From Acidimicrobiia bacterium (GTDB taxonomy: Bacteria > Actinomycetota > Acidimicrobiia > Spongiisociales > JAENVV01), in NCBI GenBank assembly GCA_041586155.1, contig JBFHAT010000006.1, forward strand, positions 20,486 to 84,485: DNA of 64,000 bases. The letters run 5' to 3'. This document shows, piece after piece, positions 29,345 through 39,792 of this stretch. A program made the position numbers and the translations under genes. Each line of letters starts with the position of its first letter. Position 1 is the stretch's first letter. The notes beneath the pieces were generated by a model that was given only the letters and a program-made list of their open reading frames with translations, did not search any database and was not told the DNA's origin.

Positions 29345-30193
29345 TCAGCCCGCCATTGCCTGCTCGACGGCCCGCCGGACGTAGACCTTGGCCAGGTGGG
29401 CCTTGTATTCCTCGGAGCCGTAGAGGTCCTCGAGCACGGTGACTCCCTCGAGCGCGCGGTCGGCGGCGGCAGCAGCGCCGTCGGACCCGGAACCCCGGAG
29501 CGCCTCCATCGCCCCCTCGGCCAGCTGCGGTTTGGTGCCCACGCCGGTGAGCGCGATCGCGCAATCGGCGACCTCGCCTCCGTCCATCTGCACCCATGCC
29601 GCCGCGCCGGCCACCGCGTAGTCGGTGTGGCCGCCGCGCCGTCCGAGCTTGTCGTACGCCGACTGGCCCCCTCGCTTGGGCAGCCGCACCTCGACCAGGA
29701 CTTCATCCGGCGACAGCGCCGACGTCAGCGTGTCGACGAAGAAGTCGGCTGCGGCGATCTCTCTCGTGCCTCCCGGTCCCTGAGCGACCATGATCGCCCC
29801 CAGGGCCAGGGCCGCCGCCGGCGTGTCGGCTGCGAGGTCGGCGTGGGCCAGTGCGCCCGCCAGCGTCCCACGGTTACGTACCTGCACGTCTCCGGTCCAG
29901 GAGGCAGCTTGGGCCAGCGCCCTCCCATGCTCGGCCACGAGAGCCGAGGAGCCGACGTCGGCGTGTCGGGCGAGCGCGCCGATGGCGATGTGGTCGCCCT
30001 CGTCGGTGATGCCGTCGAGACCGGGTATGCGACCGATGTCGATCACCATCTCGGGTGATAGCAACCGCAGTTTCATCAGAGGGATCAGACTCATCCCCCC
30101 TGACATCACCTTCGCACCCGGGTTGGCTGCCAGCGCCGAGACCGCCTCGTCGATGGAGGCGGCTGCCATGTACTCGAATTCACGCGGATACAT
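29345..30193 (-). CDS. coxM: Molybdenum hydroxylase FAD subunit (CoxM/CutM-like)
   Basis: SGGMSLIPLMKLRL, QVRNRGTLAG, YKAHLAKV. Confidence 0.93.
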   Translation of the reverse strand: MYPREFEYMAAASIDEAVSALAANPGAKVMSGGMSLIPLMKLRLLSPEMVIDIGRIPGLDGITDEGDHIAIGALARHADVGSSALVAEHGRALAQAASWTGDVQVRNRGTLAGALAHADLAADTPAAALALGAIMVAQGPGGTREIAAADFFVDTLTSALSPDEVLVEVRLPKRGGQSAYDKLGRRGGHTDYAVAGAAAWVQMDGGEVADCAIALTGVGTKPQLAEGAMEALRGSGSDGAAAAADRALEGVTVLEDLYGSEEYKAHLAKVYVRRAVEQAMAG

Positions 30194-30196
30194 CGC

Positions 30197-32571
30197 TCAG
30201 GCTCCCTTCGCATCCTGGATGGCCTGCCAGACCCGTTTGGGTCGGAGCGGCATGTCGATGTGTTTCACGCCCAAGGGCGCCAGCGCGTCGACGACGGCGT
30301 TGACGATCGTCTGCGCCGATGCGATGGTCCCCGCCTCACCGATGCCCTTCACCCCGAGCGGGTTCACGTCCGTCGGCGTGACGGTACGGGCAGTGTGGAA
30401 GCTGGGCAGATCCCCCGCCGTGGGGATGATGTAATCGACCAGCGAGCCCGTCAGCAGGTTGCCGTCGGCGTCGTACACGGCGTCCTCGAACAGCGCCTGC
30501 CCCACCCCCTGTGCTATGCCGCCATGAACCTGGCCTGCGACGATCATCGGATTGATGACATTGCCGCAGTCGTCTGCGGCGAAATAGTCGAGGAGCTTGA
30601 CGTCCCCGGTGGTGTCGTCGACCTCCACGACCGCCAGATGCGAGCCGAACGGCCACGTGGCGTTGGGCGGCGTGAAGGTGACAGACTCTTCGAGCCCGCT
30701 CTCCATGCCCTCCGGGCCCTTGTGCGCCTGATAAGCCACCTTGGCGATCTCGGTCCATGTGACCGATGAGTCGGGGGAGCCGGCCACGTGGGCGCCGCCA
30801 TCTTCGAACACGAGGTCCTCAGCTGCCGCCTCCAGCAAGTGGGCCGCAATCTTGGCGGCTCTAGCCCGGACCCGGGCCGTCGCCTCATAGGTGGCTGCAC
30901 CATCGACTGCGATCGAGCGACTCCCGAAGGTACCGATGCCCATGGGGGATTCTGCGGTGTCGCCGTGCCGGACGACGATCTGCTCGACCGGAAGGCCGAG
31001 GCCGTCGCTGACGATTTGCGCCCACGTCGTCTCGTGACCCTGGCCGGATGGCCCGGTACCGATGATGACGGTGGCGGTGCCGTCGGGATTCACCCGGACG
31101 AGTCCCGAGCCATTGAAGGAGCTGGGCAGACCGTAGCTGGTCCAAGAGAAGCCGATGTCCTCGAGTACTGCTGGGCCGAACCCGCACACTTCGACGTATG
31201 ACGACATGCCGATGCCGATGTGCCTGCCTTCGGCGCGTGCCGATTCCTGCATCGCCCGGAGGGCGTCGTACCCGGCGACCTCCTTGAGCTTCGCGGTCGA
31301 ACCGTGGTAGTCGCCCGAGTCGAGGGCGAACCCGCACCCCATGACCGCCGGGAATTGGTCACTCTGCCAGTAGTTCTTCTCGCGAACCTCGATCGGATCC
31401 ATGCCGATCTCGCGGGCGTACATGTCGATGATCCGCTCGAGGTAGTAGATCGCCTCAGGACGCCCGGCTCCCCGATACGCATCCGTGGTCATCGTGTGAG
31501 TGGTCACACAGTCCACGACCCACGACGTTGGGAAGGTGTACTGGCCAGACGCAACCCACAAACCCAGCAACGGGATCGCCACCGTGAAGTTCTGCGTGTA
31601 CGCCCCCATGTCGGCGAGGGCGTGCAGCTCGTACCCGAGAATCTCGCCATCGGAGGTTCCGATCAGCGTGGCGGTTCCGACCCATCCCCTTCCCTGAATC
31701 GTGGAGTTGGCCGACTCCCGGCGCGTTTCGGTGAACTTGACCGGCCGGCCCGTCTGTTGGGCGGCGAAACACACGAGCATCTCGTCGGCATAGACGTTGA
31801 GCTTGGCGCCGAAACCGCCGCCCACCTCGGGGGCGATCACCCGTACCGCATTGGCGGCCAGGCCGAACGTCTTGCTGATCGCTCCGCTGAGCGCATGCGG
31901 CACTTGACTCGACGACTGGACAGTGAAGCGCTGATACCCGTCGTTCCACTGGGCAACCACCGAGCGGGGCTCGATCGCAACGGGGATGAGCCGCTGGTTG
32001 ATCATCTCCTGCGAGACGACGACGACATCGTCGCGCTGCTTGGCTTCCTCGATCTTGGGTCTGGGGTCCTCGAGGTCCAGCGCGTCCCAGTAATCGTGGT
32101 AGGTCCAGGTGTGGATGATGTTGCTGTCGAGCTCATCGTGCACCCTGGCCCCGTCGGCGGCCGCCTCCTTGAGGTCCACGATGGCGGGAAGCGGCTCGTA
32201 GTCGACATCGACGGCATCGACTGCGTCACGAGCTCGCCCAGGCGAAGTGGCGACCACCATTGCCACCGCCTGCCCGCTGTGCTTCACGTCGCCATCGGCC
32301 AGCAGCGGCCGGAGCTTGCCGATGGGCACCTGGGCGAGGAGGGGACCGAGGTGACGGACGTCGTCGGCGGTGTACACGGCCACGACTCCCTCCATCGACG
32401 CAGCTGCGGACGTGTCGACCGAGTCGATTCGGGCATGGGCATAGGGACTGCGAACGAACCCGACGTGCAGCATTCCCGGCAGCTTCACGTCGTCCACGTA
32501 CAGTCCGGTTCCCCGAATCAACGCCGGGTCCTCGCGCCGTTTGACCACTCCTCCCATCACGCTGGTCGTGC

Positions 32572-32575
<4 letters not shown>
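30197..32575 (-). CDS. coxL: Molybdenum hydroxylase large subunit, form II CoxL-like (not form I CODH)
   Basis: [45 protein letters not shown]. Confidence 0.92.
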
Positions 32576-33075
<500 letters not shown>

Positions 33076-33154
33076 GCAACGCCTCCTCGAAAAAAGACCG
33101 ATACGCCGAACCTACCCGGTGGTGTCGCCGCGCGGTCGGGAAGGACGGTGGTTT

Positions 33155-34363
33155 CTAGCGAGCGACGAACCGGGACACCGTTTCCACGTGATAGGTCTGA
33201 GGGAACATGTCGACCGGCGCCACCCAGTCGAGGTCGTAGCCCCCATCGATCAGCGCCCGGGCGTCTCTGGCCAGCGAGGCAGGATCACAGGACACCAGCG
33301 CCACCGTCCGCGCGCCCACTCCGATCACCATCTCTGCGCCGGCGGCCCCCAGGCCGTCGCGTGGAGGGTCGACGACGACGAGGTCACATTCGCCGACTTC
33401 CGGCCCGGCCTCCTCGAACGGCACCGGCACGATGGACGCGAACGCGCCCGCCGCCTCGAGATTGTGCTCGAGATCGGTCAACCCCAGCGGCGATGTCTCC
33501 ACGGCGATCACCTCGTCGACCGCTCCTGTCAAGGAAACGGAGAACAGGCCACCCCCCGCGTAACCGTCCAGCAAGACGTCTCCCGGATCTGGCTGGAGAG
33601 CCTCTCTGACCAGCTTCACGAGCTCGGCGGCACCATCGGTGTTGTTCTGGAAAAAGGCGTTGGCGGTGATTCGATATTCGCCGCCGGCCACGAGCTCGGT
33701 GAGGTGAGGGCGACCGAACAGGGCCGCCGGTTTTCCCCGCCGAACTCGTACCACCGAGGCGCCCCAGTCGGGCGCTTGCGCAGGCACGGCACCGCGCACG
33801 ACAACCATCTGGTCGCCCGTGGCGACCGATGCTCGCAGCGTGATCGACTCGACTCCGTCGAGAGGGCCCAGCCGGCAGAACAGTGCATGAAGGGGCTCCA
33901 CCAACAGGTGACAGACCTCGAGCGGAACCCGCACCCGACTCCGGGCCCGGTACAGGCTGGGCCGTCCCTCGCTGATGTGGAAATCCATGCGATTTCGGTA
34001 CCGATACGGCTGCGACGGCACCGTTGCCCTCACATCGACATCGTCGAGCCGGCCAAGGTGGATCAGCTGCCCATGTACGATTCTCCGCTTCCACTGCAGC
34101 TGCGCCTCGTAGTCGACGAACTGCCACTGACATCCGCCGCAGGTGCCGAAGTGAGGGCAGCGAGGCTGGGTCCGATCCGCCCCCGGCTCGATGACGTCGA
34201 TGAGTCGCGCCCTCGCCCACGATCCGCCGTCCTTCTCAACGGCCACGTGCACACGTTCGCCGGGCAGCGCTCCCGCCACGAAGACGGCCTTGCCATCGAC
34301 GCGGCCGACCGCTTCGCCGCCGTGGGCCATGTCGGAGAGCTCGACCTCGATCGGTTGGCTCAC
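33155..34363 (-). CDS. TRAM-domain RNA m5U methyltransferase (RlmD/TrmA family)
   Basis: ALPGE, CPHFGTCGGC, YRNR, AFFQNN, DPPRDG, VSCDP, DMFPQT.HVE; GTGA overlap with upstream gene. Confidence 0.92.
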   Translation of the reverse strand: MSQPIEVELSDMAHGGEAVGRVDGKAVFVAGALPGERVHVAVEKDGGSWARARLIDVIEPGADRTQPRCPHFGTCGGCQWQFVDYEAQLQWKRRIVHGQLIHLGRLDDVDVRATVPSQPYRYRNRMDFHISEGRPSLYRARSRVRVPLEVCHLLVEPLHALFCRLGPLDGVESITLRASVATGDQMVVVRGAVPAQAPDWGASVVRVRRGKPAALFGRPHLTELVAGGEYRITANAFFQNNTDGAAELVKLVREALQPDPGDVLLDGYAGGGLFSVSLTGAVDEVIAVETSPLGLTDLEHNLEAAGAFASIVPVPFEEAGPEVGECDLVVVDPPRDGLGAAGAEMVIGVGARTVALVSCDPASLARDARALIDGGYDLDWVAPVDMFPQTYHVETVSRFVAR

Positions 34364-34818
34364 ACCGGATCGGGCAGCTGATCGGTGAGGACGTCGACGA
34401 GGCTGCTCTGGATCCACGACAAGTAATGCAGCAACCCGAGCTCGGGTGTCTCCTCCATCGAATCGTCGGACTCCCAGGCGTTGGAGGTCACGCCCAGCCG
34501 ATCCCCCAGCACCAGCCGGGCCTTGCCCACCACCCTGAGCCATGCTTCGGCCTCATCGATGGCGAGAACCACGCCCTCGCCGGCTCGATCGAGACTCGCC
34601 TCCACCGCCACGATGTCGGCGCGGTCCGACTGGCCGGCCTCGTCCCGCGTCAGGCGCTTGAACTCCTCGTCTGCGGGTGATCCGTCACCATACGCCGACT
34701 CGGGGAGCACCCCTTCGCCCTCCGCAGCCAGTCGGGGCACGAGCGACAATAGTTCGACCTGCCACGGCGTCAGCTCCAAGCGGATTCCCCCCGCCTCGAG
34801 GCGAAAGATGTCCGTCAT
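34360..34818 (-). CDS. DUF2017-like protein
   Basis: Coupled to clpS; [34 protein letters not shown]. Confidence 0.8.
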   Translation of the reverse strand: MTDIFRLEAGGIRLELTPWQVELLSLVPRLAAEGEGVLPESAYGDGSPADEEFKRLTRDEAGQSDRADIVAVEASLDRAGEGVVLAIDEAEAWLRVVGKARLVLGDRLGVTSNAWESDDSMEETPELGLLHYLSWIQSSLVDVLTDQLPDPV

Positions 34819-35090
34819 GTCCGTTCGATCGTGGCCCACAGCCCGTGGCGATGCAGGCGGTAGCAGTCCAACTCGGCCTTCTCTCTCGGGCCGGCCGCCA
34901 CGGCACTCTTGCCTTCGTGATGCACCTCCAGCATCAGCTTGGTTGCCTCGGCTTCTGAATACCCGAACAACTTGCGGAAGACGTAGACGACATACCCCAT
35001 CAGATTGACGGGATCGTCCCAGACGATCACCTGCCAGGGTCGGTCGACTTCGACGTCGCGGTCGACGGTCTCGTGCGGCGCGGTCGCCAT
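34815..35090 (-). CDS. clpS: Clp protease adaptor ClpS
   Basis: [31 protein letters not shown]. Confidence 0.95.
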   Translation of the reverse strand: MATAPHETVDRDVEVDRPWQVIVWDDPVNLMGYVVYVFRKLFGYSEAEATKLMLEVHHEGKSAVAAGPREKAELDCYRLHRHGLWATIERT

Positions 35091-35100
35091 GCCCGCAACG

Positions 35101-35328
35101 TTAGCGCTGGCTGGTCGATTGGCGCGGGACGGTGCCTGCGGAGCGCTGGTCGTTGATCCACGTCTCGAAGTCCACCCGAGCGACTCTCCATTCGCGACCG
35201 AACTTGACCGCGGGCAGGTTGCCCGAGCGCAGGACGGACGTGACCACGAACGTCGATACATCCATGTACTCACAGATGTCGGCGACCGACAGCCACTCTT
35301 TGTCGAGGTTGACCACGATGCGCTCCAT
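35101..35328 (-). CDS. Small excisionase/BldC-like HTH_17 DNA-binding protein
   Basis: [14 protein letters not shown]...[17 protein letters not shown]. Confidence 0.88.
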   Translation of the reverse strand: MERIVVNLDKEWLSVADICEYMDVSTFVVTSVLRSGNLPAVKFGREWRVARVDFETWINDQRSAGTVPRQSTSQR

Positions 35329-35473
35329 GCACCCACGAGGGTATGGCCTCCGCCGTGCGCCATCAACCCCTCGTCGCGCCAAGCCGGCGAGCCCGCGAAA
35401 CAAATCCCCATGCCGGCTGGTCTTTTTGTGTTGTTTTACATTAGTTTACCGATATCGTCGTGGAGACACGCTC

Positions 35474-35764
35474 ATGGATCCGCTCCGCCATCCCGACCTG
35501 ATCGAGTTGTCGCATCTGCTGCGTGATCAGCTGGAAGCGGTACTCAACGCCGAACAGGAAGCTGCTGCCGCTGCACGCCGACGGCGCCGGACCCTGCGCG
35601 ACCGGCTCCTCGAAGCAGAGGACAGAGGCGAGACGATCACGGTCGGAGACGTTGCCGGGCGCCAGACCACCGGACGCGTGACCGGCGTCGGCGCCGACCA
35701 CGTGACGCTGGATGATCGCTTCTTCGTGCGGCTAGATCACTGCGTTCAGTTGATTTTTCCATGA
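35474..35764 (+). CDS. Hypothetical protein (96 aa; helix plus small beta domain)
   Basis: GGAG RBS; TLRDRL, TGRVTGVGADHV; ATGA-coupled to the next gene. Confidence 0.75.
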   Translation: MDPLRHPDLIELSHLLRDQLEAVLNAEQEAAAAARRRRRTLRDRLLEAEDRGETITVGDVAGRQTTGRVTGVGADHVTLDDRFFVRLDHCVQLIFP

Positions 35765-36813
35765 GGCCTCGCGTCGCCACCGTGCTGACGGCCCGGGAGT
35801 GGGAGCCCGCACTCGTCGAGGCCGCCCGTCGGTCGGCGGTGGTCCGTCTGGTGGCTCGCGCCTACCAACCAGAAGACGTGCCCGTCGACGACCTCGACAT
35901 CATCGTGGCCGGCGTCGAGACGGTGTGGGTATCGGCCGCCCAAGTGGCCGGCTGGCAGCGGCGCGGGTGTCGAGTGGTGGGCATGCATCCCAGCGGCGAC
36001 ACGCCGGGCCGCGACCTGCTCATTCGGGCCGGAGCCGACGAGGTGCTGGCGGACCACATGGATCCTGACGAGGTGCTGGCGCGATTGCGGGTGCTGAGCC
36101 TCGAACCGCGCCCGATCGAGCCGTCGGGGTGGGTCGTCGCGGTCACGGGCGCGCTCGGCTCACCGGGAAGAACCGAGACCGCACTTGCCCTGGCCTCGCT
36201 CTTGAGCGAGGCCGGCTCCAGCATGTTGGTCGACCTCGACCCGGACGGGCCATCGCTGTCGCTGCGTCTCCGGCTGGCCCCGCAGCCGTCGATCGTCGAC
36301 GTGGCCGATGCACTCCGCCAGGCGCCATGCATTCCCTCGAACATGGCGTGGGAGACCACGGGACTGCGCGTGGTGACCGGCGCTTTCGGCCGATCGACAT
36401 TGCCGATCGCGGCTCGGCGCGACGTGCTGCTGGCAGCCCGCGACGCCCACCGCTGGGTGGTCTACGACGCCGGCCCGGCGCGCGACCACACGACGACATC
36501 CGACGGCGACGAGGTCGTGTTCGTCTGCGACGCCAGCCCGACCGGGATCGTCCGGGCGGCCCAGGTCATGGCTCGGTGGCTCGGCCCGCCTCCCCGACTG
36601 GTGCTCAACCGGATCGGCGATCGGCCAGACGATGCCGTCGTGGCGGCACGCCGGGCGACCGGTCTCGAGCCCGCGGCCCTGATCCCCTACGTCGAGCAAA
36701 TCCGACTCGCAGCCCTGGACGGGCGCCGCCCCGACCGTGCGTTCCGCCGCTCGCTGAGGCCGCTGGTGGAGGCGATCCTGCAGGACGCTCCTGCGCCACC
36801 CACCAGGAGTTAG
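35761..36813 (+). CDS. CpaE/TadZ/Ssd-like MinD-family protein
   Basis: Receiver-like N-terminus; VAVTGALGSPGRT deviant Walker A, LVDLD, VYDAG, LVLNR. Confidence 0.8.
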   Translation: MRPRVATVLTAREWEPALVEAARRSAVVRLVARAYQPEDVPVDDLDIIVAGVETVWVSAAQVAGWQRRGCRVVGMHPSGDTPGRDLLIRAGADEVLADHMDPDEVLARLRVLSLEPRPIEPSGWVVAVTGALGSPGRTETALALASLLSEAGSSMLVDLDPDGPSLSLRLRLAPQPSIVDVADALRQAPCIPSNMAWETTGLRVVTGAFGRSTLPIAARRDVLLAARDAHRWVVYDAGPARDHTTTSDGDEVVFVCDASPTGIVRAAQVMARWLGPPPRLVLNRIGDRPDDAVVAARRATGLEPAALIPYVEQIRLAALDGRRPDRAFRRSLRPLVEAILQDAPAPPTRS

Positions 36814-37847
36814 CCGTCTGGAACGGCCCGATCACGTGCCCGGCTGGTTGCGGCCACCAGCTGCTGGAGTTCGACGCTCACCTCCCGGTCGAGCTCCTTC
36901 GACAGGGTCTGCGCCAAGCGTGCGACGCTCGGCACCTGATCGCTGCTGGCGACGACGACGTCGACGTTGGTGACTCCATCAAGCACCTCGACGTCGACGT
37001 TGATGACCTCCACCGGCACGTTGGATTCGGACGACCACTGCTCCACTACCGAGCCGACGTCGGTGCCCTCTGGTGGCGGCGACAGCAGTCCGGGACCGTC
37101 CCACCGCAGGGGCACGACCATCAGCAACGCTGCCAAGGCCACCCAGCGAATCCCTCTCAAGATCTGTAAGCCACCGGTCGCCAGCGTCATACCCGGGACG
37201 AACCCTCCAAACAGGAACGTGAGCGCGCCGCTGAACACCACACCGACGACGTTGGCCACGACGAGGAGGAGCGCCCCGAAGGCCATGTCGAAGCGGCCCG
37301 CCTCCAGCGAGATCCCCACCGTGGCCAGCGGCGGCACGAGCGCCACCGCGATGGCGGCTCCGGCCATTGCCTCGGCCGCCTCCCTCCTCACCACGGTGTA
37401 AGCCCCCACCGACCCGGCAGCCATCGCCACCGCCAGGTCGAGAGGGTTGGGCCGGGTCCTGGCCAAGAGCTCGCTGGGCGGGCCGCCACCCTCCCCCGGT
37501 AAGAACATCGACAGCCCTGCAGCGAGCAGGATCGCCCCGGCGGCAGCCACACCGACGATGATCGCTTGCTCGGCTGCTCTCCTGGGCCATCCCATCACCA
37601 GCGACGCAGCAGTTCCCAGCACGGGGCCCATGAGCGGCGCTACGACCATGGCCCCGATGATGACCGCCGCTGAATCGGCCGTGAGTCCGAGGGTGGCCAA
37701 ACACACCGAGAGGGCCATGAGCGTGGCGAAACGCCAGATGAACGAACGGCGACGCTCCCCTTCGTGGAACATCGCCTGGATGAAACGTCGCCGATCCACC
37801 CCCGTGACCGGGGAACGAAGCTCCAGAATCAAGCCAACCCATCGCAC
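36810..37847 (-). CDS. DUF389 membrane protein (start uncertain)
   Basis: DSAAVIIGAMVVAPLMGP, ELLARTRP, GAAIAVALVPPL. Confidence 0.9.
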   Translation of the reverse strand: MRWVGLILELRSPVTGVDRRRFIQAMFHEGERRRSFIWRFATLMALSVCLATLGLTADSAAVIIGAMVVAPLMGPVLGTAASLVMGWPRRAAEQAIIVGVAAAGAILLAAGLSMFLPGEGGGPPSELLARTRPNPLDLAVAMAAGSVGAYTVVRREAAEAMAGAAIAVALVPPLATVGISLEAGRFDMAFGALLLVVANVVGVVFSGALTFLFGGFVPGMTLATGGLQILRGIRWVALAALLMVVPLRWDGPGLLSPPPEGTDVGSVVEQWSSESNVPVEVINVDVEVLDGVTNVDVVVASSDQVPSVARLAQTLSKELDREVSVELQQLVAATSRARDRAVPDG

Positions 37848-37980
37848 GAGGTTGGTGATGGGCGACCGGACGCTAGCTCTCCGTCGGATAAAGAACCTGG
37901 GGTAGCTTGCACAAAACGGTCCCACGTCGGACGCTAACGGCAGGTAAAGGCCAGGTTATCGTTCCGCTGGGGTGCGGCGG

Positions 37981-38790
37981 TCAGCTGGCGGCGCGGTACG
38001 TGCCGAGGTGGTGCACCGCTTGCATCGTCACCGGAAGAGGCTCGAAAATCGCCTGGAACCCTTCTTTGCCCGGTCGATGGACCAAGTCGATGAAGAATCG
38101 ATACTTCCAGGCTTCGTCGGCCGGCCGAGATTCGATGCGGGTGAGATTGGCTCCTCGCAGCCCGAGCTCGGTGAGAGCCAGCGCCAGCGACCCCGGCGTG
38201 TGAGCGGCCTCGAACGCAACCGTCGACTTGTTGGCGTCGTCGTCGAACGGAGAGTCACCCGGAGCAAGGACGACGAACCTCGTGGAGTTGTGATCTCGAT
38301 CCACGACACCGGCCTCCAGCACGTCCAGGCCGTAGGCGGCGGCCGCCGTGATCGGCGCCAACGCGGCCTCGCTGGGCTTCCCCCTCTCGGCCACGAGGCG
38401 GACTGCGCCGGCGGTGTCGTGCTCGGGCCACAGGTCCCAACCTCGCGCCACGAGGGCGGCTTCGGCCTGCCTCAGCGCCTCGGGGTGGGACCGAATCACG
38501 CGAATCTCGTCGATCCGAGCACCGGGTAGCCCGAGGATTGCGTACCGGATCTCGACCATGTGCTCGGCCACGATGGTGACGCCGCCGCCGACGAGTCGGT
38601 CGAGCACCGGCAAGATGCTGCCGGTAGTGGAGTTCTCGATCGGGAGCACGAGCCGATTCACCTGGCCTCGCTCGAGTGCTGCAAACGCCAGAGGGAAGTT
38701 CAGGAACCCGACTGCAGGACGCTGCGGATAGAGCTCGGTGACCGCCCTGTGGCTGTTCGAATGGGGCTCGCCTTGATAACCGATCGGCAT
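37981..38790 (-). CDS. pheA: Prephenate dehydratase
   Basis: YQGEP, PIENSTTG, SHPEALRQ, NSTRF, NLTRIESRP. Confidence 0.95.
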   Translation of the reverse strand: MPIGYQGEPHSNSHRAVTELYPQRPAVGFLNFPLAFAALERGQVNRLVLPIENSTTGSILPVLDRLVGGGVTIVAEHMVEIRYAILGLPGARIDEIRVIRSHPEALRQAEAALVARGWDLWPEHDTAGAVRLVAERGKPSEAALAPITAAAAYGLDVLEAGVVDRDHNSTRFVVLAPGDSPFDDDANKSTVAFEAAHTPGSLALALTELGLRGANLTRIESRPADEAWKYRFFIDLVHRPGKEGFQAIFEPLPVTMQAVHHLGTYRAAS

Positions 38791-38812
38791 GATTCGCCCA
38801 GGCTAACCAGGC

Positions 38813-39739
38813 TCAGGAGCCGCCTTGGGAGAAATGCATCCAGTCTTTCAAGCTGTTCCAGTCTCCACCCCACGCCCAGCCGATCGCTGCGAACGCATCG
38901 ACGACCTCGCCCGTGACCATGCCGGGTCGGACCTCATCTCGATTCACGTACGCCGAGGCGAGCTCTGGGAGCACGAGATCGTCCTTGATGTAGGGGTTGT
39001 GGAACGGGTTGATGTCGATGGCCAACCCGAACGCGTGCTCCGACCAGCGGGTGGTGTTCACGGCCGGCCGGCAAACGAAGGAGGTGGTGACGTTCCCGTC
39101 TCCCGTCGGAGGCAGATCCAGCTCGGAAGCAGCGATGACCCGCATCTCTTCGATGGGGAATCGCAAATCGTAGAGGCGTTCGAACAGCGCCACCACATCG
39201 GTGGAAACGTCGACGTGCACGATGATCTCGCCGGTGTGGGCGCGACCGTCGAAGCCATGGTGCGAAACCCTCACATACCGGAGCTCCTCGAGTGTCACCG
39301 GGCACTCTTCCGACCATGAAGAACGGTCGACGACTTCAGCCGGGACCAGATCAATCGACGATTGGTAGGTTGGGCCGAGCGGTGGAGGGAGGCGGTCGAT
39401 GGTGACGAAACGCCGGTCGACGAGTTCGCGTGGAGTGGGCAACACGACACCGAAACCGTCTGGCCGACGGTCGAGGATACGGGTGCCCAGCCAATCCGGG
39501 GGAGGGACGGCACCCAGATCGGCAACTCGTCCCTCTTGCTCGCCGTCGGTCTCGATCGACCCGCTTTCTTGGGCCGACCCGCCCACCGGAGGGGAATCGA
39601 CCTCGATCGACGTGGTGGTCGCCTCGGTCGGCGAGGGCGACGGTGATGGGACGCTCGTGGGGACGGGATCAGGGTTGAACGTCGCGCTCGAGCACGCCAG
39701 CGTCAGGCACATCAGCACCGAGACGAGTCGTGCCGTCAT
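38813..39739 (-). CDS. M15 family metallopeptidase, probable lipoprotein
   Basis: TLAC lipobox, P/S/T linker, SEHAFGLAIDINP, WGGDW, DWMHF. Confidence 0.88.
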   Translation of the reverse strand: MTARLVSVLMCLTLACSSATFNPDPVPTSVPSPSPSPTEATTTSIEVDSPPVGGSAQESGSIETDGEQEGRVADLGAVPPPDWLGTRILDRRPDGFGVVLPTPRELVDRRFVTIDRLPPPLGPTYQSSIDLVPAEVVDRSSWSEECPVTLEELRYVRVSHHGFDGRAHTGEIIVHVDVSTDVVALFERLYDLRFPIEEMRVIAASELDLPPTGDGNVTTSFVCRPAVNTTRWSEHAFGLAIDINPFHNPYIKDDLVLPELASAYVNRDEVRPGMVTGEVVDAFAAIGWAWGGDWNSLKDWMHFSQGGS

Positions 39740-39792
39740 TGCGTGGAACCTTACAGATGGTCGTGAGCTGGACCGATACAATCCCCGAGCGC

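Noticed and set aside
35101-35328. Prophage or integrative element implied by the excisionase-like gene
   Set aside because: No integrase, att repeats, tRNA or phage genes; the neighbours are housekeeping genes
37868-37936. Direct repeat cggacgcta upstream of the DUF389 gene
   Set aside because: Two 9-mers 60 nt apart are compatible with chance
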